Assembly: GCF_018977255.1 (NCBI RefSeq)
Contig: NW_024704755.1
Coordinates: 15,376,001 to 15,440,000, forward strand
From: Callorhinchus milii
Lineage: Eukaryota
DNA: 64,000 bases
Direction: 5' to 3'
A model generated the notes under the pieces. The model had not been told where the DNA came from. It was given only the letters and a program-made list of their open reading frames with translations, and did not search any database. Of the stretch, positions 1 to 11,579 are shown piece after piece; the stretch's first letter is position 1, and every line of letters begins with the position of its first letter. The translations under genes and the position numbers were made by a program.

Positions 1-898
1 TTGAAACACAATTCCTAGTCTTACACAAGAAAAATAAGTATGTGGCTATACAGTGGCAGATTGTCGTGATCATATCACAACCCAGGACAGTGCCAGAGAG
101 TGAAGGTTGGGGTAGAAAGAAAGATTAACCAAATAAACCATCTTACAATGAACATTGAAGTGAGTTCCACTCTATTTACCAAAGCAAGGAAAACCAATTG
201 GATACAAAAGGTTTTACCATACCTCTTTGACCCGAACTCAGAGTTCTACAGCTGCATTTCTATTGATACATGATGCTTTTCTCCATTTATACACACAAAA
301 TTGAATTTTGGTATATAGGGACAATTTGTAAGTTTGCTGAAGAGTCAATTAACAGTGAAGAAGATTGTAGTTTCATTAAAAATATATTAAGACTGGTAGA
401 TTGGACAGAGAGGTGGCAGATGAAATTAAATGGAGAGCAGGGCAGTTGTACATATTGGGATGTGTACCCGGGTCTCACGGCATGCTGCGGGTGAGTGGCC
501 CAGGCGGAACGTGCATTTTATACAATAGAACATTTTCTACCTGTATTTTGTAAAACTAATTAATTGTAGCGTGATATGGAAAAGATGGCTGAATGGGATG
601 TGGACTCTTTGAAGAGCGAATAAAGGCACCATGGGCTGAATAGCCTTCTGTACATTTTGTAGTTGTATCACAACAAACTACGGAAAATTCTGATTAAATA
701 TGCAGCTAAATATATGCAGGGAGAGATTCTGCTAGGACATTTGTATTTGTCCATCAATCGCAATATATTAATGATTAGCGCCGCTTTACAGGATATTTTT
801 CTCTCCTTGTCATCTGGAATTCTCTAAGCTATAAACTGAATTTTTGTGTTAAATGAAACATTTACATTTATCCTAAATGAAACAGGAATATATCTTAC

Positions 899-3800
899 CT
901 ATCTTTTTAATTGGCATTCTTTGCCAATGATGATCAAAAGCAGCAGAAATACCAGGCCTCCCCCTGCACATCCAGCGATCAGCAAAATGGAAGGATAATC
1001 GTCACTCTCTACAAGAACAGCATAAACTGAATGTGTTATTGACCCCAGCAATGAGTTAAAGCTTTAGTAACTGCGCATTGTATCTGAATGGAGATGTTTT
1101 AGCAGGTTTTATTACTTAATTTTTTATTTTTAAACAAGGTCTTGGCAAGTCCACAAGAGAAACCAAATCGCCAGCTGGTCAACAAGACTTAGAATTGCAG
1201 GACAGTCACTGGGGTGAGAGGTCTAGCCAAACCTTCACCAAATACTATTCTGATTAGGCTGCAAAGGTGAGTCTCTACAGGGAGACGAAGCACATTCCAT
1301 TCCAAACACAGAAAAAATTAGAGGTGCACGACATTATTGAGCGGAGACCAGAAGTTTGAAATTTGATCAGTTTTTAAATATACTTCTTCTCAGGGAGATG
1401 GTATGAATCCTTTCAATTCAAAGACTACACACATTAAGCTGATTCTTATCTTATGCATATTTATATGGAGTATTCGGTAAGAAACCTATATGATCATAAT
1501 CTTCGGTTTCAATCAAATTAATATATTTTCCAACAAAAATTTAGTTAACAAAATTAACAGTTGGCCAATTTGAAGAGTCTTGTAGCTTAGTGGTTAGAGC
1601 AGTCACCACCCAAGCAGAGACCTTGGGTTTGATTACGGGGCCAGGCAAAAGGTTTGATAAGTGTCCTCACTCCACATGCTTCTCCACTGTTCACCTAAGT
1701 AGAAATCCGATTGTTAGTCGATAGGCAGATCTCTTTCCTGTGGGTAATAATACCTTAATAAACAATATTTTTTCAAAAATGATACAATGGTCACTCAACC
1801 CACGACCGTTTGTGGGACACTGCTCTGCGCAACTTGCTGCCGAGATTCACTCACAAAATATACAGTCAATTCATTTTCCAGTATATTTGTGACGCGCCTT
1901 CAGATATCTCGAAGATGTGATATGATGCTATATCAAATGCAAGGATTATTATTGTTAAATTACCTGTATTGGATTTAGAAACTGCATAGATGGCAACTGC
2001 TGGAATCCGGAGGCTGGTGTGAGATACCAGACAGGTATAAACAACCCCACTCTGTACAGTCTGTGCCTCTTCCAAATAGCTCGAAATTTCGTAAAGGCCC
2101 TTTGAATTCCTTTCTTTAGTGGAATTTATCCCAGTTTTAACTTCATTGTCATCTTTACTCCAGGTCAGCGTTATATCTTCTGGGAAAAACGCAGCCGTTT
2201 TACACACAAGTGTCAGAGACATTGTTGAATCTATTTCTGAATCTCTGGCGAACATCTTCAGTGGAGTGGGGGGGACTGTAGGACAGACAATAGAGCAGAT
2301 TCAAGTTACTAGTGATCAGTTGGAATACAAAACTTTATTCTCATTTGAATTGTATGTGAATTGTTTCTTTGCAGTATCATAACAATAGGTTCCTCTGAGA
2401 CGCTACACCACATGAAGGGTGCTACTGCAAGTTGTTTTTGCCATAACAAGGAATCTGGATTGTAACGGCAAGAAACGCATCCTGTTTGGGTGTTTAATTT
2501 GGAACAATGTTTAGGATATGAAACATTAAAAGATGTCTTGTAAGAGGTCCTGCCACAATTCACCAGATTAGGAGCTGGATTAAAGTATTAACTGTGATCA
2601 GAAGATGGGTAAACCTGATTTATATTTGATAGAACTGAGAAAGATGGGAGTTAATTTGATTGAGCTGTGAACAAATGACTGCATATTGGAGGTCCAGTAG
2701 AATAATAAATATAGGAGACAAATTCTAACATTGTGGCTAAACCTGTTAGACGTGACATGAACCTGGTCTGTTCACATTACAAAATCAACTCCCATAGGTG
2801 GTCTTAGATGCATATTGAAGTGGGATATTTAAAAGGGAGAAAGCTAAACATTTTAAGGGTTGGAAAGTGGTGGAGAAATTGGATTAAAAGTTATGCCAAC
2901 ATTCTCGAGCAACGACAACTGGCAATTTCACCTTCATCAGAGATAATAGCAAAACCTCCCCGTTAACACCAACATTCATTTTGTTCTGCTGTGTTTCTTC
3001 AAATTTAAGTTTCAAACCAACTCACGATAATTAGTATAGGTAATTCAAAATCAGTTCATGACTGTTGATGGAACATTGCTGTATGCAAATTGGTGCAAAT
3101 TGTCCAAGTGTTTTTAAACATCTGCCTTTCATATAAATCAGTAAATTGTAAAAGTCTGGACCGCAGGTGAAAGAGATTCTGATTATCATCATTATTAATA
3201 GAAGCAGTGTTATCAGCATTATTGTTAGTATTATTAATAGTAGTATTATTGTTGTGTTAATAATAATAGTAATCATAATATTAATAATAAGACTCGCGTT
3301 CGATATGGAGCTTTTTGTGTCGAGATGATGTCTCAAAGCTTTTCACAGGAATCACTGTAAAAAGTGACGATTTTGTAGGAGAACACAGCAGCCAATTTTG
3401 CACACACCAATGTGCCACAAATAGTCAGGAAGTGAATAACCAACTTTATCTGGTGGAGTCGTCTGCTGGGACATGAGGGGGAAAGAGTCTCTCTTCTGGT
3501 TTCGAAAAGAACCACGGGATCGTTAACATCCACCTGAACATGCAGGAGGGACCTCGGTTTAGCGCCTCATTCACATAAGGAGAACCTTAAGTAATAGAGC
3601 AATGTAAAGGTCTGGACCATAGTGCAAGAGATTCTGATTAATAATAATAATGATTCAACCTCAAGCCATAGAGCGCGTTCCTAACATTGCTTTTGATTGT
3701 GTGCGCTGTGATCTTCATGTTTTGATGTTGGACAATCTGAATAAATGCATTCAGCACAGAATAAAATACCAGATAGAGTTAATATGATACTTGCGTCAAT

Positions 3801-4654
3801 AGGAGGGTTATAACTGTTTGAAAGCGTTGCTTAAAACAATTATTGAGCAAATCAACTTCCCACTTTGCTGTGTGGTATAAACCCGCCATCTCCCATCAGT
3901 ACAATAACAAATGGGCAATACTTTAAATGAATTTCGTATTGATAAAAATATTTCAGGTTAAAATAAAATCTTTCGCTGTGTTATGTACGATCACATGGGA
4001 TTAAAAAATGAAACAAACAATTTGCCCAAAACAATTTCAAAATGCTGCAATGTTCGCCTTTCAACATTATTCACATTATCAACTGTATTCACACTTACCA
4101 TGTACAATTAAACGTGATCCAGTTCCATTTGCTGCTATTTTCCCCTGACGGCTCACTGCACAGATATAGACTCCTGAGTCGTGGAAACTCACATTTAGGA
4201 GCTGGAACGTTTTGAAGTTGAATATTTTCCTGTTGTCAGGACTTGTATGTAAATATTCGCGCTCTCCTTGCTTCCACCAGTAAAAGGTTAAATCTGAAGT
4301 GGTCTGAATATTGGCAAACTTGCAGCCGAAGGTAACGCTTTCACCTTCGAATGCTGTCTTGTCTACAGGATATTGGATCACTTTCATAGATGCATCCCCA
4401 GCAACTGTGAGAAAATAAATCAAACCTATAATTGGTGATTATAGAGTTGAAGAAACGTGACAAAATAACTATAGGGAAGGAGGGAGAGAAGGTGGAAGAA
4501 AGAGAATGAGCGAGAAAGATTTATGCATCCACTGAAACATTTTAAAACTCTTCATCAATATTGTTTTGTATTTAAGATCCGCTGTAGTAAAACAATTACC
4601 TGCGAAAATAATCCCCATTAGAGAGAGACAGGGGATCACATCACTCGCCACCAT
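899..4654 (-). CDS. N1: VJ-C1-TM Ig-superfamily receptor (SIRP-like), neutral TM, no cytoplasmic tail
   Basis: Exons, all GT-AG and phase 1: leader 4600-4654 (MVASDVIPCLSLMGIIFA); V 4099-4404 (306 nt; C..W..DSGVYIC..GTGSRLIV); C1 1964-2275 (312 nt; VCKTAAFFPEDITLTW..YTCLVSH); TM 899-1008 (ESDDYPSILLIAGCAGGGLVFLLLLIIIGKECQLKR*), with an in-frame TAG at the exon end. Confidence 0.85.
1580..1950 (+). mobile_element. Older tRNA-headed Deu-domain SINE in the C1-TM intron (orthologous copies ~37632-38010 and ~61400-61775)
   Basis: tRNA-like head (gtagcttagtggttagagc), central gactgtttgtggga..gctgtgc motif, and L2-like tail gctatatcaaatgcaaggattatt. Confidence 0.75.
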
Positions 4655-4747
4655 CGTGATCAGTTGCTGAGACTCACCTCAACATGTTATTGGGTGTAAC
4701 AAACATTTGCTGATTGTCTAATATGAAATAATTCGAAGTGTCATATG

Positions 4748-4756
4748 ACTTCCTGT
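4748..4756 (-). promoter_or_regulatory. Conserved ETS-type motif (ACAGGAAGT) ~95 nt upstream of the leader ATG
   Basis: Same motif at the same spacing before all five main-gene leaders: 4748, 15313, 24780, 40192 and 49600. The upstream DNA is TATA-less. Function is inferred. Confidence 0.5.
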
Positions 4757-4919
4757 CTCCATGGTCAGAGATGAGTGGCATACGATTTGCAAAGAGAATT
4801 GTGCATTTCAGTTGTAACAAGAATCACTCCTCAGCTTAGCAATTTAAAAGGGTTACTTATATCCATATCATTGTCTGGTTTTGTTTTCTGCCTTCTTGCA
4901 TAAATTATTCCTTATCATA

Positions 4920-5460
4920 AGAACATAAGAACCTAAGAAATGGTGGACGAAAATAGACCAAGGTCAATCTAGTTCACCTTCCACCTTCCTGGCGGTCGCA
5001 TGCATATATGTCCCAAACTACCTATGTAGTATATCCCATAATGTTATTTCCTAAACCAAAAACATGTAATCTATGTTTGAAAGAATCAATACTTCCAGCT
5101 TCAACCGTTTCCCTAAGGAGCCAGTTGCATAGGTTAACTATTTGCTTAGTAAATTAGTGTTTGTGTAGATACATTCTGAATTTACACCACTTCAATCGCA
5201 AGCCGTGTCCTTTGATTTTACTATTCTGGGCAAGTTGAAACAACCTGTCATTTATCTATATTGTCTGACAGATTTAGAATCTTAAAGACAACAATTATGT
5301 CACCTCTCAATCTTCTCTTTTCCAGCGTGAACAGGTCCAACTTATTTAGTCACTGCTCACGGTCGAGTTCTTCCATTCCCTCAATCATTTGGTTGCCCTC
5401 CTCTGTTTCTTCTCAATTTCTCCAATATCCTTTTTGGACCTTCCAAACATTCACATTGAT
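4920..5460 (-). mobile_element. CR1-type LINE 3' fragment (related copies ~15480-15960 and ~40565-41070)
   Basis: Reverse strand matches the degenerate CR1 ORF2 C-terminus and 3' UTR seen in the plus-strand copies. Confidence 0.6.
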
Positions 5461-5894
5461 AATACGTACATAATAACGATCGATGTGTCTTTAAAGCTGA
5501 AATACAGAGCTAAATAAGTTACATTCTCTCTAGTTTAACATCAGCTTTTGGCTACACCATGGGACGGCAATCTAATGGAAAGCGCACAGAGAACAAAACG
5601 ATATTTTAATCAAACACAAAGATTTGATGTTTTGAGCAAAGCTGCACAGTTTCCTCTGGAACCTGAGCATTGAATGCATTACCATACTGAATGTCTTTCC
5701 ATATTTTATGTAATGGAAATCAATTAATAAGTACAAAGTTTATGATTTCATTAACAATACATTATGATTTGTCAATAGCAGATTTTTTGTAACAATTTAA
5801 TTGCAGATATTACAGAAACACAAAATAAATGTTTCCATTTTTACAAAGTCAGTTTATCTTCTTTACAAACACTACAATCATACCTTTATAACAT

Positions 5895-6440
5895 ACTGTT
5901 CAGGCCTCAGCTAGACTACTGAGTTTAATTCTGGGCACCATACTTCAGGTTGGATGTCAAGGCTTTGGTGAGTGTGCAAAAGAGATTCGCCAGCATAGAA
6001 CCAGGAATGAGCAACTTCGATTATCAGGAGAGGCTAGAGAAGCTAGGATTATTCTCTCTGGAGCAGAGAAGGTTAAATGGAGACCAGTTATACAAAATTG
6101 TGAGTGGATTCGATAGGGTGAACAAGGAAAAAATATTTCCACTGGCGGCTGGGTCGGTAACCCAAGGACACCGATTTCAAATAGTTGATAAAAGAAACAG
6201 AGTGACGGTGAGGAAATTTTTTTTCACACAGTGAATTGTTCGGATCTGGAATGGTTTGCCTGAAAGAGTGGTGGAAGCCGATTCGATAAAAACTTTTTAG
6301 AGAAATGTAGATAATTATTTGGGGAAGACAAGTTGCAGGGAGTGAGCGGTGAGTGGCGTTGAATTCAAGGGTTCTTTTGAAAGAGCTGGCACAGATATGA
6401 TGAGCCAAAGGCCCTGCTTCTGTGCTGTACAATTCTATGA
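5895..6440 (+). mobile_element. CR1-type LINE 3' fragment (related copies ~16370-16930 and ~41520-42050)
   Basis: YQERLEKLGLFSLEQRRLNGD.. is a typical CR1 ORF2 C-terminal motif; the tail is (ATTCT)-like. Confidence 0.8.
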
Positions 6441-7194
6441 TTGTATGATTCCGTAATACAGAGTGGCGGTGAGGAGAAATTTTGAATAAGTTTGAATGAA
6501 TACAATACCAGAGGTACAGCTGAATTATAGAAATACCTCTGAATAAATAATAATAATCATTTACATATGGTTGATTAGCATCTATTTGCTCACAGCAATG
6601 TCTCATCAACAGATATGAAGTCAATGACCAATTTTCTCTGTAGAAATGCTGATCATGATACCCAGAGGATACACTTCAGTTTAGAAGTAATGTAAAAAGA
6701 TCTACACAGTACACTTGAGCACGCAGCCTGGACTTCGTTCAATATTTCATCTATAAGATAATGATAACTTGCATTCTCATATATTACGACCTTCACATGG
6801 GGAAGCATCTCCGAACATCTCGAACTACACCTACTACAATGCAAACAAACCCATTATGACATTGAAGAGTCAGCCAAGAATATGAGTTTAAAGTCTTGAC
6901 CTTCAGCTTTAACTCAAACCATTTTTTTCAGGTAGATATGTGTTACCAGGTGTCAACTAACAGGAATTTTGATTGCACAGCATTCTCAGCTGTGGATAAT
7001 ATTCTTGGAGAGTGTTTGCCAGCGGTCAGTAGAAGCAAAACATATGTGTGTTTTGGAAGGTTATGCTTTACATCGTTGAAGATTCGCACAAAACATTGTT
7101 TTACAAATTGTGCACAAGCTTGATATCGATATTAGGATTGGGAATTGGGAATCATCATTGTAGTGGAGCCTTTGGTTGAGCAATAGCCACTTAC

Positions 7195-7434
7195 TTGGTA
7201 TTGAAGGCTGATCAAAGATGAGCACATGAGAAACCGTGAATGTTCAATTAGAGTTAAGAAGGGGTTATTTACTTGGTGTTTTCTGAATCACAAAGTGTAT
7301 ACGTAAACTGTACTCGAATAACATGTTTAATGAATGATAGAAATGATGGAGAGGAAGATGTCATTTGTCTCTCTGATGGCAATCACGGATTCCGAGATTA
7401 GTGCTACGTTGAACGAAAAATCACCAGTACCAAC
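7195..7434 (-). pseudogene. Decayed X-type V exon upstream of N1
   Basis: Reverse strand reads GDFSFNVALISESVIAIRETNDIF, which aligns to X-type SVKVIQISDPVAAIRGTHVTF. It ends in a J-like GATCAGCCTTCAATACCAA|gtaagt. It has stops, is about 80 nt shorter than the intact exon, and has lost its acceptor. Confidence 0.65.
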
Positions 7435-7974
7435 CCATCAGAGAAAAAATAAAGACAGATTGGTACATCAAAATACACCGCCCCCCCTCCCCCCAACATA
7501 TGACTCCAATCAGTTTTGGCCCTGATGGTCTGCAATAAGCTGAACTGCAACAAGGCTGCACAAGTGTTTTGTCGAGAAAAAACGTTACTGTGTCATTTGA
7601 CTTCCTGCCTTTGATGGTTCAGGAAATTGAGTTTGTGGTAAAAGTGCAATTTGTAAGGTCACGTAATCACTAACACAATGATGAGATTAACCCAATCCAT
7701 TGGTAGCACATAAAAGATTTAAATATATCCAGCCTTTAAGGCAGAATTCAAGATCACGTTATGGATCTCAGGATGTTGGGGTTAACTAATATCTATTTGG
7801 TGGATCATCTCTTCTTCGGAGAGTTCCATTCAATTATATATAGAAACCAATAGGCAACAACATTATTAGAACTAAACAACCTGCCTAACATCTTCACAAA
7901 TGTCTGCATAATTATATTTTGTCATCTGGGTGTAGAACCCATGCAGAAAACCACGCTTAAGATTCTGCAAAGAG

Positions 7975-8190
7975 GGTGGGAGAGAGGGAGAGTGAGAGAG
8001 AGAAATGGAGAGAGCGAGAGAGTCTGTGTGAGAGAGAGAAAGTGTGTGAGAAAGCGTGAGAGAGAGGGGAAGTAAGTGATTCAGAGGGTGAGAGAGGGAG
8101 AGAGAGAGAGAGCATTGATGGAGAGGTGAAGACAGAGAAACCAAGAAAGTGAGAGAGAGAGAGAGACCAGAGAGAGACCAGAGAGAGAAG
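7975..8190 (+). repeat. Imperfect (GA)n purine-rich microsatellite (related tracts ~19790-19940 and ~43380-43570)
   Basis: Directly visible GA-rich low-complexity sequence. Confidence 0.85.
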
Positions 8191-8559
8191 GCAGTATTTC
8201 TTGTTTCACTGTCAGGACAGATAGATGATCGGAGCCTCTCTCGGCCAACTTGGAGAGACCGAGGACAGACACCGAGGGGACGTGCTGTGCAGTTTCCTTA
8301 CAGAAAGCTGCCTCTTTTCCCAGTGAAAACATCTCAATGTCCATCATCCCACAGCCCCTCCCCATCATATCCCTGCGACCTCTCGACCTGGCTGTTCTAT
8401 CTTCTCAACCATCGCCATTTGCCCCTGATCTCTGGAGCTCCATTTCCGAAATCCCTCCAAATCATTCCCTCTGTCCCCTCTTTTAAGGCACATGAAGAAT
8501 CATTTGACCGTGTTTTTGATCATCCTTTCCTCTCCCAGCCACCCCCATGCCTATATTTG

Positions 8560-9190
8560 TATATCCCCCTAAATAAAAACAGAAGGTGCTGGGAACATTC
8601 AGCAGGTGAGACAGCGTCTATGGAGAAAAGAAAGTAAGTTAGGTCGATTTCAGGTTTCAGGTCGATGACCTTCTCAGAATAGTGGGATGTTGGATGGGAG
8701 CAGTTTATAAGAAAGAACAAAGAAGGGGGCGGGAAAGAAAGACACAGGAAAAAATTAGGTGGAGGACAGTAGATGATGAGATCAGAGGTTTTGATGGTGC
8801 AAGACGAAAGAAGGCAAAAGTGGGAGATTAGAGGAAGGAAGGAAGTGTTTGCCACCCAAAGGATGTTTGATTGGTTTTACAAGAGGGCTGTGGGGAGAGG
8901 GGGAAGGGGAGTCGGGGCAAAGGCTGAGAGAAGATGGGAGCTGAAGTGGTTAAAATCAAAGTTGAGGCCAGAAGGCTGTAATGTGCTGAGGATGTAGATG
9001 TGGTGCTGTTCATCGAGCTTGCATTGTGCTTTGTTGAATTAGCATAGGAGACCATTGACAGAGAGGTCAGAGTGGGAGTGGGAAGGAGAATTAAAGTAGC
9101 AAGCGACAAGAAGGTTAGGGTTGCACTTGCGGACGGAACAGAAATGTTCAGCAAAGCAATTACCCAATTTACGTTTGGTCTCTCCAACGG
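8560..9190 (-). mobile_element. Penelope-like element fragment (GIY-YIG C-terminus plus terminal repeat)
   Basis: Reverse strand reads ACYFNSPSHSHSDLSV..KLDEQHHIYILSTLQPSGLNFDF, resembling the Penelope endonuclease C-terminus. Recognised from memory of the family, not by a search. Confidence 0.6.
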
Positions 9191-9484
9191 GAGACGATGG
9201 AAGCAAAAAGTGTTGTTTGTTTCAAGAACAAATTAGATAGATTTATCATAGATAATAATATTTTGGGATACAGTATATAGATTGGGACACGGCATGTCAA
9301 GCGACTGCAGGATGGAGGGACACTAACTGATGGACCTTGGTCATTGTTGTTGTTACCAACATTACAGGATCAGAAAATAGATCTAAACAGTATTACTCAA
9401 CTCAAATATTGGATGCATTTAATAGATTTCCGCATGTCCAGGGCATTGCTTTCCCCTGGGGCATGGGTAATCAATGATTAACTA

Positions 9485-9880
9485 AAGTACCCATATAGAG
9501 AACTTCAATAGAGGTTTGAAGGTTTTAATAGGGCAGACATAGGGAAGATGTTTCCACTTGTGGGGGAGACCAAAACCAGGGGCCATCGATATAACATCGA
9601 TATAACAAATAGATCAAATAGGGAAGTTAGAAGAAATTTCTTTAAACAGAGAACAGATGGAATTTGGAACATGCTACGACAAGGATTTGTTGAGGCAAAT
9701 AGTATAGATGTATTCAAGGGGAAGCTAGATAGGTACATGAGGGAGAAAGGAATAGAAGGTTATGCTTGAAGGCTCAGTTGATGAAGGGCAGGAGGAGGCT
9801 CATATGAAGCATAAACACCGGCATAGACCAGTTGGGCCGAATGACCTGTTTCTGTGCTGTATATTCTAATGTATTCTAAT
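9485..9880 (+). mobile_element. CR1-type LINE 3' fragment
   Basis: MFPLVGETKTRGHRY..RRNFFKQR..FKGKLDRYM motif with a tattcta-type tail. Confidence 0.8.
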
Positions 9881-11579
9881 GTACCACAATGAACTTCATT
9901 CAACATTTTATTTATTGCAATTCAAAATTATGAAATCAAAGCTGTTATGTTCAATCACATCGCACCATACAGAGAACTTCGATAGAGATTTTAGGTGAGT
10001 GGTTTTACAGATATCACACAAAATTACAATAAAATCTTTATTCTTTGCCAAGCCATAACATCACCCTGACTAAAAAAAAAGCTCTATTTTAACACAACAA
10101 AATGTAATTTATGACACCTGGTGTTCAGGTCTGGGTAGTTCACACATACCAATGAGTACAATGTGAAAACACTTGAAACTTGGGGAATGAAAACTTGACT
10201 CAGTTTTCTGGTGGCAAATTTGAAAGTTTTGCCAATCTGGAAACAAATAACATAATAATCCAGGTTGTTTTTTAAATTAGGCTAAAACAGACAAATGTAT
10301 TATTTTTAAAAAGATAAAAAATGTGAAGCATTAGGCTGGTCCAGTGAAATAATGCAAAAGGAAGATAGATCAAAGAGTAGATGCCTTCTGGATCCTTTTA
10401 TGATGAAGGCTCTATGGCTACTGGTACATAGACTTATTAAAACCATCAACATCATTTTCAGATGCGGTCAGAAAAAAACAAAACTTGATCAACAATTGAT
10501 GTTCAACTGGACTCCAGGATATGTACCGACATTATTTAAAAAACACATTAAGTGTTGCATTTGGTGTATTATATTATATTAGTAATTGTCGGTTAATTGG
10601 AGCCAAATTGACCAAGCTGGTGTACAATATTTTGACCTGGGTTTACGAAGAAAATCTATGAAATTGCTGATATTCAATGGGTGAAAAGCAAATAAGAGGT
10701 GATATTCTAGATATATTCCAAGTCTTAAATGGTATAAATCAAATGCAATCAAATATATTTGATATAGTATACCAGACCGTTATGTAACATCTTCTGTTTC
10801 TTCCAGTCAGTGCATTTCCATCAGCACAATTCAATCACCTCTAAGCGTTTTCTTCCTTACTTCCTCTGTAATGTACATAAATGGATGTGATGGGACAAGA
10901 AATGACAAGATGTATACGCTGTGAAGATATGGCCATTACTGAGGGAAAAGGAAAAGGAGTTGGTAGGATTAGCAAGTTTGCAGGGCTATGGGGAGAGCGC
11001 GGGGAAATGCGATTGATTTGGAAGCTCTTTTCAAAGAGTCGGCACAGACACGATCGGCCGAATGGCCTCCTTCTGTGCTGTATAATTCTGCGATTCTGTG
11101 ATTCAGTAAGAAAACAAGAAGTGCAATTGTGAATATCACAAATCCTTTGATTCTGTGACTCACTGTAATCATTGTTGCGTTCCACGCAAACAAATTGACG
11201 TTTCAATCTGAAATGTTTACAACGAGACTGCAAACGTAACAGGTTTAGCTGATTTTTAAACGGCTGTTAAACACGATTTGCAGTGAGATTAATATATAAT
11301 ATGATAATCATGTAACAGATCTGGTTGCTATTGCACGAATGTATTGTTCAATATTTCCGGATACCTGAAAGTTTGGATTAGATATGTTTATATCCATTGA
11401 TTATAAGAGATTCCGCCAACAGAACAAAAAATAATTTCCGCATTGTAAAGTGTGTTGTCCCTGTAGCAGCGAACAACATGAACCTGTTTCCGTTTCATTG
11501 ATAACTGTATGTGCGACGATATAAACACAATATCTGTCAATGAAAAGTCAATGTTCTTTTAAAACAAAGAATGCTTTAC

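Noticed and set aside
4079-4423. Rearranging TCR/Ig V segments or an IgNAR/TCR locus
   Set aside because: The J motif is already fused in the V exon, I found no heptamer/nonamer RSS at the V ends, each V has its own C1 and TM, and the tails carry ITIMs.
4672-4680. Strong donor-like GAG|GTGAGT about 20 nt upstream of the leader ATG (possible leaderless isoform)
   Set aside because: It is mutated in I4, there is no supporting upstream exon or transcript evidence, and it may be a chance match.
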